64,000 nt of DNA from an uncultured delta proteobacterium (GTDB taxonomy: Bacteria; Desulfobacterota; Binatia; UBA9968), in NCBI GenBank assembly GCA_963760795.1, contig CAVXEP010000019.1, positions 277,313-341,312 of the forward strand, read 5' to 3'. This document shows, one piece after another, positions 52,270 through 62,182 of the stretch. The first letter of the stretch is position 1, and each line of letters starts with the position of its first letter. The notes beneath the pieces were generated by a model. The model searched no databases and was not told the origin of the DNA. It worked only from the letters and a program-made list of their open reading frames with translations. Both the position numbers and the translations under genes were made by a program.

Positions 52270-53499
52270 TTACTTCAAGCCAAAGCTTTTTTCAGCCATG
52301 GCGCAAATGCTTTGACCGATGGCGAGGGACGCGGTGGCGCCGGGGGATGGCGCGTTCAAGACATGAATCGCACTCTGGCTCTCTTTGATGACGAAGTCGT
52401 CGACCAGGGCGCCGCTAGCGGAGACCGCTTGGGCGCGCACGCCGGCGCCGCCGGGGACGAGATCGTCCGCGCCGATCTCCGGTAGAAGTTTTTGCAGGGC
52501 GCGCACGAAGGCTCTTTTACTTAACGAGCGGTAGAGCTCGCCAAAACCGGTCTGCCAATATTTCCCGGTGATCGCCCAGAAGCCTTTGAACGAGACGGTG
52601 CGCCATAGGTCGCTCAAATTGATGTCGCTATGGCTATAGCCTTCGCGGGCGTAGGCGAACACGGCGTTGGGTCCGGCTTCGACGCCGCCGCGCGCCATGC
52701 GCGTGAAATGCACGCCCAAAAACGGAAAAGTCGGGTCCGGCACCGGGTAGATCAGATTTTTCACCAGATGTTCGCGCGCCGGGGCGATTTTGTAATACTC
52801 GCCGCGGAACGGAATGATGCGGTGTTCCTCGCCTTGGCTGTGGTGATTCTTGCCGCCCATCATCTGCGCAACGATGTCGGATTGCAGGCCGCCGCAGTTG
52901 ATCAAATTTTTCGTCCGGTAATCGCCGCCGGACGTTTGCAGGATTATCTCTGCGCCGCGATCGAGGATGCCGACCACTCTTTGCGACAGGCGAATATCGC
53001 CGTTGGCGTCGCGCACTTTTTCGCCGTAGGCGGTGGCGACTTTGCGATAGTCGACGATGCCGGTCTCGGGCACGTAGAGCGCTTTGATGCCGCTGGCGTG
53101 GGGCTCGATCTCTTTTAATCTTTCCGGGCCGATGATCTCCATGCCTTTGAGGCCGTTGGCGAGGCCGCGGCGGTGCAGTTCCTCCAGGCGCGGCAGTTCG
53201 GCCTCGCTGGTGGCGACGACGACCTTGCCGCAGATTTCATAGGGGATATTGTTGGCGTCGCAAAACGCCATCAGCTCGGCGCGGCCGCCGACGCAGCTCT
53301 GGGCTTTCAACGATCCCGGCCGGTAGTACAGCCCGGAATGAATCACGCCGCTGTTGTTGCCGGTCTGATGGCGCGCCAGTTGGGCTTCTTTCTCGAGCAG
53401 CAATAGCCGGATGTTGGGATGGGCCGCGGTGATTTTCAGCGCCGTGGCCAAGCCCAGGATGCCGCCGCCGATGATGGTGAGATCGTATTGTCCAGCCAT
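52270..53499 (-). CDS. lhgO: L-2-hydroxyglutarate oxidase
   Basis: GGGILG, HQTGNNSGVIHSG, PFRGEY, PFLGVH, GVRAQA, NAPSPGAT. Confidence 0.93.
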   Translation of the reverse strand: MAGQYDLTIIGGGILGLATALKITAAHPNIRLLLLEKEAQLARHQTGNNSGVIHSGLYYRPGSLKAQSCVGGRAELMAFCDANNIPYEICGKVVVATSEAELPRLEELHRRGLANGLKGMEIIGPERLKEIEPHASGIKALYVPETGIVDYRKVATAYGEKVRDANGDIRLSQRVVGILDRGAEIILQTSGGDYRTKNLINCGGLQSDIVAQMMGGKNHHSQGEEHRIIPFRGEYYKIAPAREHLVKNLIYPVPDPTFPFLGVHFTRMARGGVEAGPNAVFAYAREGYSHSDINLSDLWRTVSFKGFWAITGKYWQTGFGELYRSLSKRAFVRALQKLLPEIGADDLVPGGAGVRAQAVSASGALVDDFVIKESQSAIHVLNAPSPGATASLAIGQSICAMAEKSFGLK

Positions 53500-53585
53500 A
53501 TTCAGAGTTCAAGGATCAAGGTTCAAAGGTTCAAGATCGGCAGCCGAGTTGTTAAGCATACTTCGCACACTTGGCGCATGAATAA

Positions 53586-54521
53586 TTATAGATGCAGCAG
53601 GCGGCGTGAATTTTTTTCCGTAAAGCTCTTAAAGTGCGTTGGATCAGCCAGCCCGTTGACCGCATTGAAGGCTTTACTCAGCGGTCCCAAGCCGCCGCAG
53701 TAGTCCGAACCGAAGACGATATTGTTCTCGCCCATCTTGTGCACCAGAAAAGTCAGTGTCGTGGCGTCCGAGCTGGCGCAGTCGATGAGAAAGTGTTCGA
53801 GAAAGATATCCGCATACTTCTTCTCTCCTTGCGGTCCTTTGTGCTTCCAAAAGAAGCGGTGCATCAACAGCGGAATGCCGCCGCCGGAGCTGCGGATGAC
53901 GATTTGCAGATTAGGATGGCGGTCGAAGACTCCGCTGGCGATCATGCGCAGGCAGCATTCGGCGACTTCGCCGTCGGACAAGACGGCGTAAGCGACGCCG
54001 GCGCCGCCGTCTTCAAGCTTTTTTAGCGACGGGCTCTGGGCCGTGCCGGCGCCATGGAGAAAGATCGGCAAGTTAAGCGCGTTGATCTTGGCGTAGAGCG
54101 GTTCCATGGCTGGGGTGTCGACCAGCATTTCGCCGTCGACATGGGGATACATGAGCACGGCGCGAAAGCCCTGCTTGGCCATGCGGTCGATTTCGTTTAT
54201 CGACTCGGCAATGTTTTTCAGCGACACAGCGACGATGCCGCCCAGGCGGTCTTGGTGCGGCGCGATGCGCTGGGCCAAAATATTGTTGGACTGATGCATC
54301 ACCTCCAGCGCCTGGGCGCCGCTCAGCTGATCGGCGTAGATCCCGGCGCCTTGGCAAATCAACTGCAGGTCGATGCCGGCCTCGTCCATTTCTTTGACGC
54401 GCTTGGCCAGATCCGGGGAGTCGTAGGCGTCGATATGCGGCTTCTTGCCGGTCAGTTGGCCGATGCGCTCGGCGACTTCCGGCGCGGTATGATGGGCGTG
54501 CCAGTCGATTATGGTAGCCAT
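53586..54521 (-). CDS. amidohydrolase_2 family protein
   Basis: IDWHAHH, PIFLH, VFGSDY. Confidence 0.85.
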   Translation of the reverse strand: MATIIDWHAHHTAPEVAERIGQLTGKKPHIDAYDSPDLAKRVKEMDEAGIDLQLICQGAGIYADQLSGAQALEVMHQSNNILAQRIAPHQDRLGGIVAVSLKNIAESINEIDRMAKQGFRAVLMYPHVDGEMLVDTPAMEPLYAKINALNLPIFLHGAGTAQSPSLKKLEDGGAGVAYAVLSDGEVAECCLRMIASGVFDRHPNLQIVIRSSGGGIPLLMHRFFWKHKGPQGEKKYADIFLEHFLIDCASSDATTLTFLVHKMGENNIVFGSDYCGGLGPLSKAFNAVNGLADPTHFKSFTEKNSRRLLHL

Positions 54522-54788
54522 GGCGAGTCTCCTTCGCTTGTTGGGTGAATTGGCAATACTGCGTCTGACTTATCACAGTCAAGCGCGCAATGATAAGTCT
54601 GTGGGTTTCGAGAACGGGTTCAACCTGATTTTGCGCCGCCGGTGGCAAGGAGCAGGATAGAGGTCTCGTGTCGCTTAAGCTGGGAGATCGCGGACCGTAG
54701 TCATCGCGAATGGAAAGAACGATCGTAGCTCGCGCGCACTGCTGTTCAGCGTGGCGCAAACAAGAGTTGCCAAGGACGAAGGTGACGC

Positions 54789-55421
54789 TTACTTTTTCGG
54801 CGCGCCGGCGAATTCGTTCTTGTCTTTGAGGCGGCGCACCAGATCTTCGTAGGAGGATTTGGCAATCACGCGGCTGAACTGGGAACGATAGTTGTTGACT
54901 AGACTGATGTTCTCGGCAACCACATCGTAAACCTTCCACTCGCTGCCGACCAATTGAGCACGGTAGTTGATCGAGTATTCTTCGCCCTTGGCGGTGACAA
55001 TTTTGCTGTTCACGTCGGCGTAGCCGCTGTCGACTTTTTCGGCCAAATAGACGATTTTTTCGTCGATATAGGACTCGATGATATCGGCGTAGGCGCGTTC
55101 CAGTACCTCGGTAAACAGGCGCACAAATTCTTCCTGTTCTTGAGGCGTGCGCCGGGTCCAGTTAGCGCCGAGCGAACGCTTGGCCATCTCGGCAAAATTG
55201 AACCGGCTAAATAGCACCTGTTTTAGCTGTTCGCGTCGTTCGGACTGCTTGGTCGCTGGTTTCAAGCGCGGATCCCTAAGTACCAGTTGGGCTTTGTCAA
55301 CGGTCGCCTTGATCTGGTCCGTGGGCAGGCCGGCGCGGGCGGGGGAAGCGGTCAGTGTGACTGCTGCGAACCATAGGGCTAATAGAAGCTTCACTGGATT
55401 ATTTAGACTTAGGGGTCTCAT
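54789..55421 (-). CDS. mlaC: MlaC/ttg2D phospholipid-binding protein
   Basis: Signal peptide; WKVYDVVAENISLVNNYRSQF. Confidence 0.9.
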   Translation of the reverse strand: MRPLSLNNPVKLLLALWFAAVTLTASPARAGLPTDQIKATVDKAQLVLRDPRLKPATKQSERREQLKQVLFSRFNFAEMAKRSLGANWTRRTPQEQEEFVRLFTEVLERAYADIIESYIDEKIVYLAEKVDSGYADVNSKIVTAKGEEYSINYRAQLVGSEWKVYDVVAENISLVNNYRSQFSRVIAKSSYEDLVRRLKDKNEFAGAPKK

Positions 55422-55881
55422 CTTTTTTCTCACCTTTAGACGTCAGATCGCCGCCAACTATTTTACCGATCAAATCGGGAATATCGGGCGGGGAATCGGT
55501 TTCGCGGATTCTCCCGCCAGCAGGGATAATTTTATCCGATGCGCCGGGAGATACCAAGACAAATTTATCGCCGATCAAGCCGCGCGCCCGCACTGAGGCT
55601 ATAACGTCTTCCTGGAGTTTGACGCCGTCGTTAAACCGAAGCGTCAAGCGGGCCTTATCTTCGGCCAAGGTCATGCCTTCGACCCGGCCGACTTTAACGC
55701 CGGCGATCTCTACGGGGTCCCCCGGCTTTAACCCGGCAACTGAGGCAAAATCGGCGAAAAGAACGTAACCCTGGGCACCGAAAACTTCGAGCTTGCCGAG
55801 ACGGATGGCGAGATAGCCTAGGCAGGTAATCCCAACCAGAACAAACAGGCCGACTAATATATCAGTGCGGGTATGATTCAA
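55399..55881 (-). CDS. mlaD: MlaD (MCE domain)
   Basis: GLKPGDPVEIAGVKVGRV, GLIGDKF. Confidence 0.92.
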   Translation of the reverse strand: MNHTRTDILVGLFVLVGITCLGYLAIRLGKLEVFGAQGYVLFADFASVAGLKPGDPVEIAGVKVGRVEGMTLAEDKARLTLRFNDGVKLQEDVIASVRARGLIGDKFVLVSPGASDKIIPAGGRIRETDSPPDIPDLIGKIVGGDLTSKGEKKDETPKSK

Positions 55882-55892
55882 TGTCGCAACTC

Positions 55893-56639
55893 CTAGAGGA
55901 CTTGGATCGGTCCTTCGGTTTTTCCATGGATGAATTGCTGTACCACTGGATTCGCCGATGCACAGAACTCCGCCGGCGCTGAAATGTTTTCGATGATGCC
56001 ACCGGCAAGCATAGCAATGTAGTCTGAAATTTCAAATACTTGCGGGATGGTATGACTGACAATGATGCCAGTATAGCCAAACTCGTTCTGCGTGCGGGCG
56101 ATCAGTTGGTGAATGCTGGTGGCCAACACCGGGTCCAAGCCGGTGGTCGGTTCGTCGAACAGGACGATTTCCGGGTCCATGATCAGGGCCCGCGCCAAAC
56201 CGGCGCGCTTTTTCATGCCGCCGCTCAGTTCGGCAGGGAATTTGCCGCCCATTTTGCCCAGGCCGACCTGCTCCAAGCGGCTGTCGACCTTCTTCTTGAT
56301 GTCGCTTTCGCTGGTGCTGGTTTTTTCGCGCAGGGGAAAGGCGACGTTGTCGAATACACTCAGCGAGTCCAACAGGGCGGCGCCTTGAAACAAGACGCCG
56401 AACTTGCTGCGCACTTCGTAGAGTTCTTTTTGGCGCAATTTAGTGATGTCGACGCCGTTGACGAAAACTTCTCCGGCATCGGGCAAATAGAGCGCGTTCA
56501 AATGTTTCAGCAAGACGGTTTTGCCGCAGCCGCTGGTGCCGACGATGGTGGTGATCTTGCCGGTGGTGAACTCTAAGTTCACGCCGCGCAGAACCTGTTG
56601 GCCGTGAAAGCTCTTGTGCAGATTGGCGACTTGGATCAT
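55893..56639 (-). CDS. mlaF: MlaF ABC ATPase
   Basis: GTSGCGKT, LSGGMKKR, DEPTTGLDP. Confidence 0.93.
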   Translation of the reverse strand: MIQVANLHKSFHGQQVLRGVNLEFTTGKITTIVGTSGCGKTVLLKHLNALYLPDAGEVFVNGVDITKLRQKELYEVRSKFGVLFQGAALLDSLSVFDNVAFPLREKTSTSESDIKKKVDSRLEQVGLGKMGGKFPAELSGGMKKRAGLARALIMDPEIVLFDEPTTGLDPVLATSIHQLIARTQNEFGYTGIIVSHTIPQVFEISDYIAMLAGGIIENISAPAEFCASANPVVQQFIHGKTEGPIQVL

Positions 56640-56644
56640 GGCGC

Positions 56645-57415
56645 TTAGAGCATGACGGAAGTCAGGAAGTAGTCCCAGACCAGAATGAAGACAAACGACA
56701 GGACCACCGACTCGGTGGTCGCTTGGCTGACGCCGGTGGCCATCGGCGGGGCGTGAAAACCCTTGTAACAACAGATCCAGGTGATGATCAGGCCGAAGGA
56801 AATCGATTTGACGAAGCCGCTGTAGATATCGTGAAACACCACGCTGTTTTCGATGCCGGCGAAAAAACTGCCCGAGCTTACCCCTAACATGGAGACCCCG
56901 ACCAAGTAGGAGCCGAAGATGCCGATGACGTCGAAGATGGCGGTCAGCAGTGGCATGGCGATCAGACTGGCGATGATGCGCGGCGAAACCAAGAACTTGA
57001 TCGGGTTGATCGCCATGGAGTCGAGCGCGTCGATCTGTTCGGTGGCGCGCATGGTGCCGAGCTCGGCGGCCATGGCGGAGCCGGTTCTGCCGGTGACCAT
57101 GAAAGCGGACAGCACCGGTCCCAATTCACGCAACAGACTCAGGGCTGCGGCCGAACCGAGATAGCTTTCGGCGCTGAATTTGCGCAGGCTGTAGTAGCCC
57201 TGGAAGCCCATCACCATGCCGGTGAAAAATCCCGACAACGCGACCACCGACAGCGAATCCACGCCGATGGTTTTGATGTGGTAGACGATCAGGTTAAGCT
57301 TGGCCGGACGGCGGAACACCAGCATGATCGCCGAGAGGAGAAAGTTAAACATTTTCCCCATACCGGCGATGCGTTCGAGTGAGCGTCGGCCGATTTGGCC
57401 CAAGAAATAAAGCAT
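56645..57415 (-). CDS. mlaE: MlaE permease
   Basis: RELGPV, AELGTMRATEQIDAL, GVSQATT. Confidence 0.93.
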   Translation of the reverse strand: MLYFLGQIGRRSLERIAGMGKMFNFLLSAIMLVFRRPAKLNLIVYHIKTIGVDSLSVVALSGFFTGMVMGFQGYYSLRKFSAESYLGSAAALSLLRELGPVLSAFMVTGRTGSAMAAELGTMRATEQIDALDSMAINPIKFLVSPRIIASLIAMPLLTAIFDVIGIFGSYLVGVSMLGVSSGSFFAGIENSVVFHDIYSGFVKSISFGLIITWICCYKGFHAPPMATGVSQATTESVVLSFVFILVWDYFLTSVML

Positions 57416-57532
57416 CAGTGTTTGCGGTGAAACAGAATGAAACTACATTTTCGAAGTAAATATAGAAATCCGCTAGTCATTGCAAGGTTTAGCAACAATT
57501 ACGCGGTCGTTGAGAGCGCCGCGGGCAATCAA

Positions 57533-57617
57533 CAATTGCAAATAATAAATTCCAGATGCCAAATCGGCAAGAACTCGGCTTATTCTGGAATTTGCAATGT
57601 GGAATTTGGAATTTTTA
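57533..57617. repeat. degenerate inverted heptamer palindrome without a cargo gene
   Basis: aattgcaaataataaattccagatgccaaat vs attctggaatttgcaatgtggaatttggaattt. Confidence 0.6.
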
Positions 57618-57701
57618 ATCAGAGCTGAACATGAGCACGATTAAACAATTCGAAACATCCGCGCCAGCGCGCTCGCGAAGCTAGGCGGGTTCTCATTAAT
57701 T

Positions 57702-58466
57702 ATGAGCGGCAACACGTTGGATACGCTGATCGACGGCAAGCTGCGGCTTTACCAAAGCCGCGCGGGCTACCGGTTTTCTCTCGACGCCTTGTTACTCGCG
57801 CACTTTGTCACGGTCAAGCGCTGCGATCGCATCGTCGATCTTGGCGCCGGCAATGGCCCGATCGCGCTGTTGTTGAGTCATTTGCATCCCTCGGCATCGC
57901 TCACCGGTTTGGAAGTGCAAGCGGAGATGGCAGCGCGGGCCAAGCGCAGCGTTGCCCTCAATCGGCTCGACGATCGGGTGGAAATTGTTAGCGGCGATCT
58001 GCGCGAGATCGGCTCAATATTCACGGCATCGTCATTCCATGTCGTCGTCAGCAATCCGCCCTTTCGTCCGGCCAGCAGCGGCCGGATCAGCCCCAATCGG
58101 GAGAAACAGTGGGCGCGCCATGAGATCAAAGCCGGGTTGGCAGATTTTCTTGCCGCCGGGGCTTATCTTCTTCGACCCAAAGGGCGGCTGGCGTTGATCT
58201 ACGCAGCCGAGCGGGCGGTTGAGTTGCTCGTCAGCCTGCGCCGCGCCGGTCTCGAGCCCAAACGGCTGCGCTGGGTCCATTCATTCGCCGCGGACGGGGC
58301 ACTGCTGATATTGGTCGAAGCGGTCAAAGGCGGCCGCAGCGGCGTCAAGGTCGAGCCGCCGCTCGTGATCTATCGTAAGGGCAAGGAATACTCAGCGGAA
58401 GTCGCCAAGATTGTCGTCGGTATCGCCAAGCCGAGCGCGAGAACGGGGCTGTCCGATGACGAGTAA
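57702..58466 (+). CDS. tRNA1(Val) A37 N6-methyltransferase (TrmN6/YfiC family)
   Basis: FSLDALLL, DLGAGNG, SNPPF, ARHE. Confidence 0.88.
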   Translation: MSGNTLDTLIDGKLRLYQSRAGYRFSLDALLLAHFVTVKRCDRIVDLGAGNGPIALLLSHLHPSASLTGLEVQAEMAARAKRSVALNRLDDRVEIVSGDLREIGSIFTASSFHVVVSNPPFRPASSGRISPNREKQWARHEIKAGLADFLAAGAYLLRPKGRLALIYAAERAVELLVSLRRAGLEPKRLRWVHSFAADGALLILVEAVKGGRSGVKVEPPLVIYRKGKEYSAEVAKIVVGIAKPSARTGLSDDE

Positions 58467-58483
58467 AACCGGTTGCGGCAATT

Positions 58484-58945
58484 TCATTCGGGCTTGGTGG
58501 GACGGCGGGCGAAACTTTTTAAGAGTTTTTTAAAGGCGTCGCGAATTGCCGGATCTTCGATGGTGTCAATGAACCCGGCGTCGACCAGCCGTGGCGGCGT
58601 GGCAGCTAGCTGATCGGTGCTTTCATCGAGCGGCAGGTCGATCCGCCCGACCACGAAAAAAATATTTTTAACGACGTTGCGCTTTAATTGCTCGTTGAGT
58701 TTGGCGGCGATCATTTCCTTCATGAACTGGAGTTGCTGCATCCACACCGGGCTGGATACTTTGACGATCAGGGTGCCATTACGGATCTTTTCCGGTTGGG
58801 CGTTACGGGCGATGGCGCTGCCGACTGCGTGATTCCAGATCGTCCAAACGCCGTAGTCCGCCAAGCGCGAGTCCAAGTCGAGCCGCTTGAGCGAGATGTT
58901 CAGCAACTCGCCCAAGCGTTCGATCTGAGGGTCTCTGCGCGCCAT
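58484..58945 (-). CDS. DUF721 / DciA family protein
   Basis: WNHAVGSAIARNAQP, LIVKVSSPVWMQQL. Confidence 0.85.
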   Translation of the reverse strand: MARRDPQIERLGELLNISLKRLDLDSRLADYGVWTIWNHAVGSAIARNAQPEKIRNGTLIVKVSSPVWMQQLQFMKEMIAAKLNEQLKRNVVKNIFFVVGRIDLPLDESTDQLAATPPRLVDAGFIDTIEDPAIRDAFKKLLKSFARRPTKPE

Positions 58946-59077
58946 AATTCAGACTTTCGCCCATTTAATTACCAGATCGGCGCGGTCCATGCCAGCCGGT
59001 GTGATGCTGCCGTAAGTTTAGTATTCTCGCCAAAAGCGGCGAAAAATCACAACAAATACAGTTGCCGAAAATTTTGA

Positions 59078-59151
59078 TTGACAACCAGGGCATTTGCCAC
59101 TAAAAATACAAAATCTAGTGCGCATCTGAACGTTTCACACCATATATGGGC
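59078..59151 (+). promoter_or_regulatory. sigma70 promoter with tandem NrdR boxes
   Basis: TTGACA 59078, 17-bp spacer, TAAAAA 59101; boxes aatacaaaatctagtg (59105) and cacaccatatatgggc (59136), 31 bp apart, resembling acaCwAtATaTwGtg. Confidence 0.8.
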
Positions 59152-59180
59152 GAGACCAGGGAGAAGGGAGAGTTGGAGCG

Positions 59181-61947
59181 ATGGCAATTCTGACATCTGA
59201 AGCGACTGATTTGGCGGCCGGTAACAAGCCGGTTCGGGCGCCCGCTGGGCTGAAAATTCCGCGTTATTTCAGCCGGGCTGGGGTTAATCCTTATGACGAA
59301 GTGGAGTGGGAGCAGCGGACCGCGACCATCGCCAACGAGAAGGGCAAAATAGTTTTCGAACAGAGTAACGTCGAGATCCCTAAGTTTTGGTCGTTAATGG
59401 CGACCCAGGTGGTGGTGTCGAAATATTTCCGCGGTCCGTTGGGCACGCCGCAGCGGGAAACCAGCGTGCGCCAGATGATCGGCCGGGTGGTGCACACGAT
59501 CACCGGTTGGGGCCAAAAAGATGGCTACTTCGCCACCGAAGAGGACGCCGCTGCATTCGCCGATGAGCTGACGCATATCATGCTGCACCAGAAGGCCTGT
59601 TTTAACAGCCCGGTGTGGTTCAATTGCGGCATCGAAGAAAAGCCCCAGTGCTCGGCCTGTTTCATTCTGTCGGTCGAGGACACCATGGACTCGATTCTCG
59701 ACTGGTACCGCAAGGAAGGGGTCATTTTCAAAGGCGGCTCCGGTTCCGGTGTCAATTTGTCGAAGATCCGTTCCGCCAAGGAGCAGCTCGCCGGCGGCGG
59801 CACGGCCTCCGGGCCGGTGTCGTTCATGAAAGCCGCCGATGCCTCGGCGGGAGTGATCAAGTCCGGCGGCAAGACCCGGCGCGCCGCCAAGATGGTGGTC
59901 TTGAACGTCGATCACCCCGATATCGAAGATTTCGTCAAATGCAAAGTCGAGGAAGAGAAAAAAGCCTGGGCTTTGATCGAGGCCGGCTACGATTCCAGCC
60001 TGGATGGCCCGGCCTATGGCAGCGTGTTTTTCCAAAACGCCAACAACTCGGTGCGGGTGACCGACGAGTTCATGCAGGCGGTGCAGGAAGACCGCGAGTG
60101 GCAGACCAAATATGTCATCAACGGCCAAGTCTGCGAGACCTTCAAGGCCCGCGACCTGATGAAAATGATCGCCGAGAGCACCTACTTCTGCGGCGATCCC
60201 GGCATGCAGTACGATACCACGATCAACGACTGGCATACCTGTTCAAATACCGCGCGCATCAACGCGTCCAATCCCTGCTCCGAGTATATGCATCTGGACA
60301 ACTCTGCGTGTAATCTGGCGTCGCTCAATCTGCTCAAGTATCTGCGTGAAGACGGCGTGTTTGACACCGAATCGTTCCGCCGCGCGGTCGATATCGTGAT
60401 TCTCGCCCAGGACATTTTGATCGACAATTCGTCCTATCCGACCGCCGAGATCGCCGCTAACGCCCACGCCTTTCGCGAACTCGGCTTGGGTTATGCCAAC
60501 CTGGGCGCCTTGTTGATGACCCTCGGCCTGCCCTACGATTCCGACGGCGGGCGCGCCTACGCCGCGGCTGTGACCGCGTTAATGTCGGGGCAGGGGTACT
60601 TGCAGTCGGCGCGCAACGCCGCCGCCACCGGCACCTTCGCTGGCTTCGATGTCAATCGCCAGCCGATGCTGCGGGTGCTCAACAAACACCGCTCGCAGGC
60701 TTACAAAATCTCGCCATCCCATGTGCCCCTCGATCTGCTCACCGCGGCGCGCGAAGCTTGGGATCAAACCTGCACCGAAGCGGAGAAGTTCGGCGTCAAG
60801 AATTCGCAAATTTCGGTCTTGGCGCCCACCGGCACCATCGCCTTCATGATGGATTGCGATACCACCGGCGTCGAGCCCGATATCGCGCTGGTCAAATATA
60901 AAAAATTGGTCGGCGGCGGCTTGTTGAAGATGGTCAATCACACCGTGCCGCGGGCGCTGCGGCGGCTGGGCTACGATGTCAAACAGATCCAAGACATCGT
61001 CGAGTACATCGAGGAACATGACACCATCGAAGGGGCGCCGCATCTCAGGGATGACGACCTGCCGGTGTTCGACTGCGCCTTCAAGGCCGCCAACGGCAGC
61101 CGGACAATTCATTACATGGGCCATGTGCGCATGATGGGCGCGGTGCAGCCGTTTATTTCCGGCGCAATTTCCAAGACCATCAATATGCCCACGGATGCGA
61201 CGGTCGAGGATATCATCCAGGCTTATATGGAGTCGTGGAAGCTGGGACTCAAGGCGGTGGCGATCTATCGCGACGGGTCCAAGCGCACCCAGCCGCTCAA
61301 TACGGCGAAGGACAAAGAGGCGAAAAAGGGGCACCGCGGAGAGCAAGGAGCCGCAGGTGCTGCGCCACAGGTTGCCCGACGAGCGCCGCTCGATCACCCA
61401 TAAGTTCGACATCGCCGGCCATGAGGGCTACATCATCGCCGGCATGTATGAAGACGGTCAGCCGGGCGAGATCTTCATCACCATGTCGAAGGAAGGCTCG
61501 ACGATCTCCGGTCTGATGGACTCCTTCGCCACGGCGATCTCCATCGCGCTGCAATACGGCGTGCCGTTGCGGGGCTTGGTCGACAAGTTCAGCCATATGC
61601 GTTTCGAGCCCTCGGGATTCACCAAGAACCCCGATATCCCGATGGCCAAATCGATCATGGACTATATCTTCCGCTGGATGGCCAGCAAGTTCCTCGACAA
61701 CGAAGCGCAGCAGGAAGTCGGGATTGTCCAGCGGCAAGAGCCAACGGAACCGATGCCGCAGAGTAATAAAGTCGTGTCACTGGCCGCCCACGCGCCGCGC
61801 GGCGGCGCGCCGGTGGCGAGCATCAGCAGCGTCACCAGCCTCTATCAACAAGACGCGCCGCCTTGCCCGGACTGCGGCGCGATCATGATCCGCAGCGGCG
61901 CTTGCTATAAGTGCATGAACTGCGGCGCGGTGAGCGGGTGTTCGTGA
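59181..61947 (+). CDS. nrdJ: class II (B12-dependent) ribonucleotide reductase with C-terminal TSCPD/zinc-ribbon domain (+1 frameshift near 61328)
   Basis: [38 protein letters not shown]; tail RLPDERRS...CPDCG...CMNCG. Confidence 0.95.
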
Positions 61948-61983
61948 GTGGGACCGTGTGAAGTAAAGCGAATAGCGAAAAGA

Positions 61984-62002
61984 GGCCGGCAATTTTGCCG
62001 GC
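61984..62002. terminator. GC hairpin after nrdJ
   Basis: ggccggcaa-t-ttgccggcc-type stem; weak T-tail. Confidence 0.4.
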
Positions 62003-62112
62003 CACGGCATTTCTGGGATGTGACATTGGGTGCTGCGACTCTGTTGGATAAAGTTTAGGATCCTTATCGCGACCGATGACCAAGAGATCGTCTAGAATCG
62101 GTTATAGAATCC

Positions 62113-62172
62113 ATGTGCGGCCGGTTCACAGCGACCTTCGACTTTCGCGAGATCAAAGTTTGGATGTATTGA
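62113..62172 (+). pseudogene. N-terminal stub of a SOS response-associated peptidase (SRAP/YedK)
   Basis: MCGRFTATFDFREIKVWMY*; MCGRF is the family's diagnostic N-terminus. Confidence 0.7.
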
Positions 62173-62182
62173 AGATTTTACT

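Noticed and set aside
54540-54788. Possible ncRNA in the 250-bp gap between mlaC and the amidohydrolase
   Set aside because: No recognisable family motif or convincing long stem by eye; would need an Infernal search
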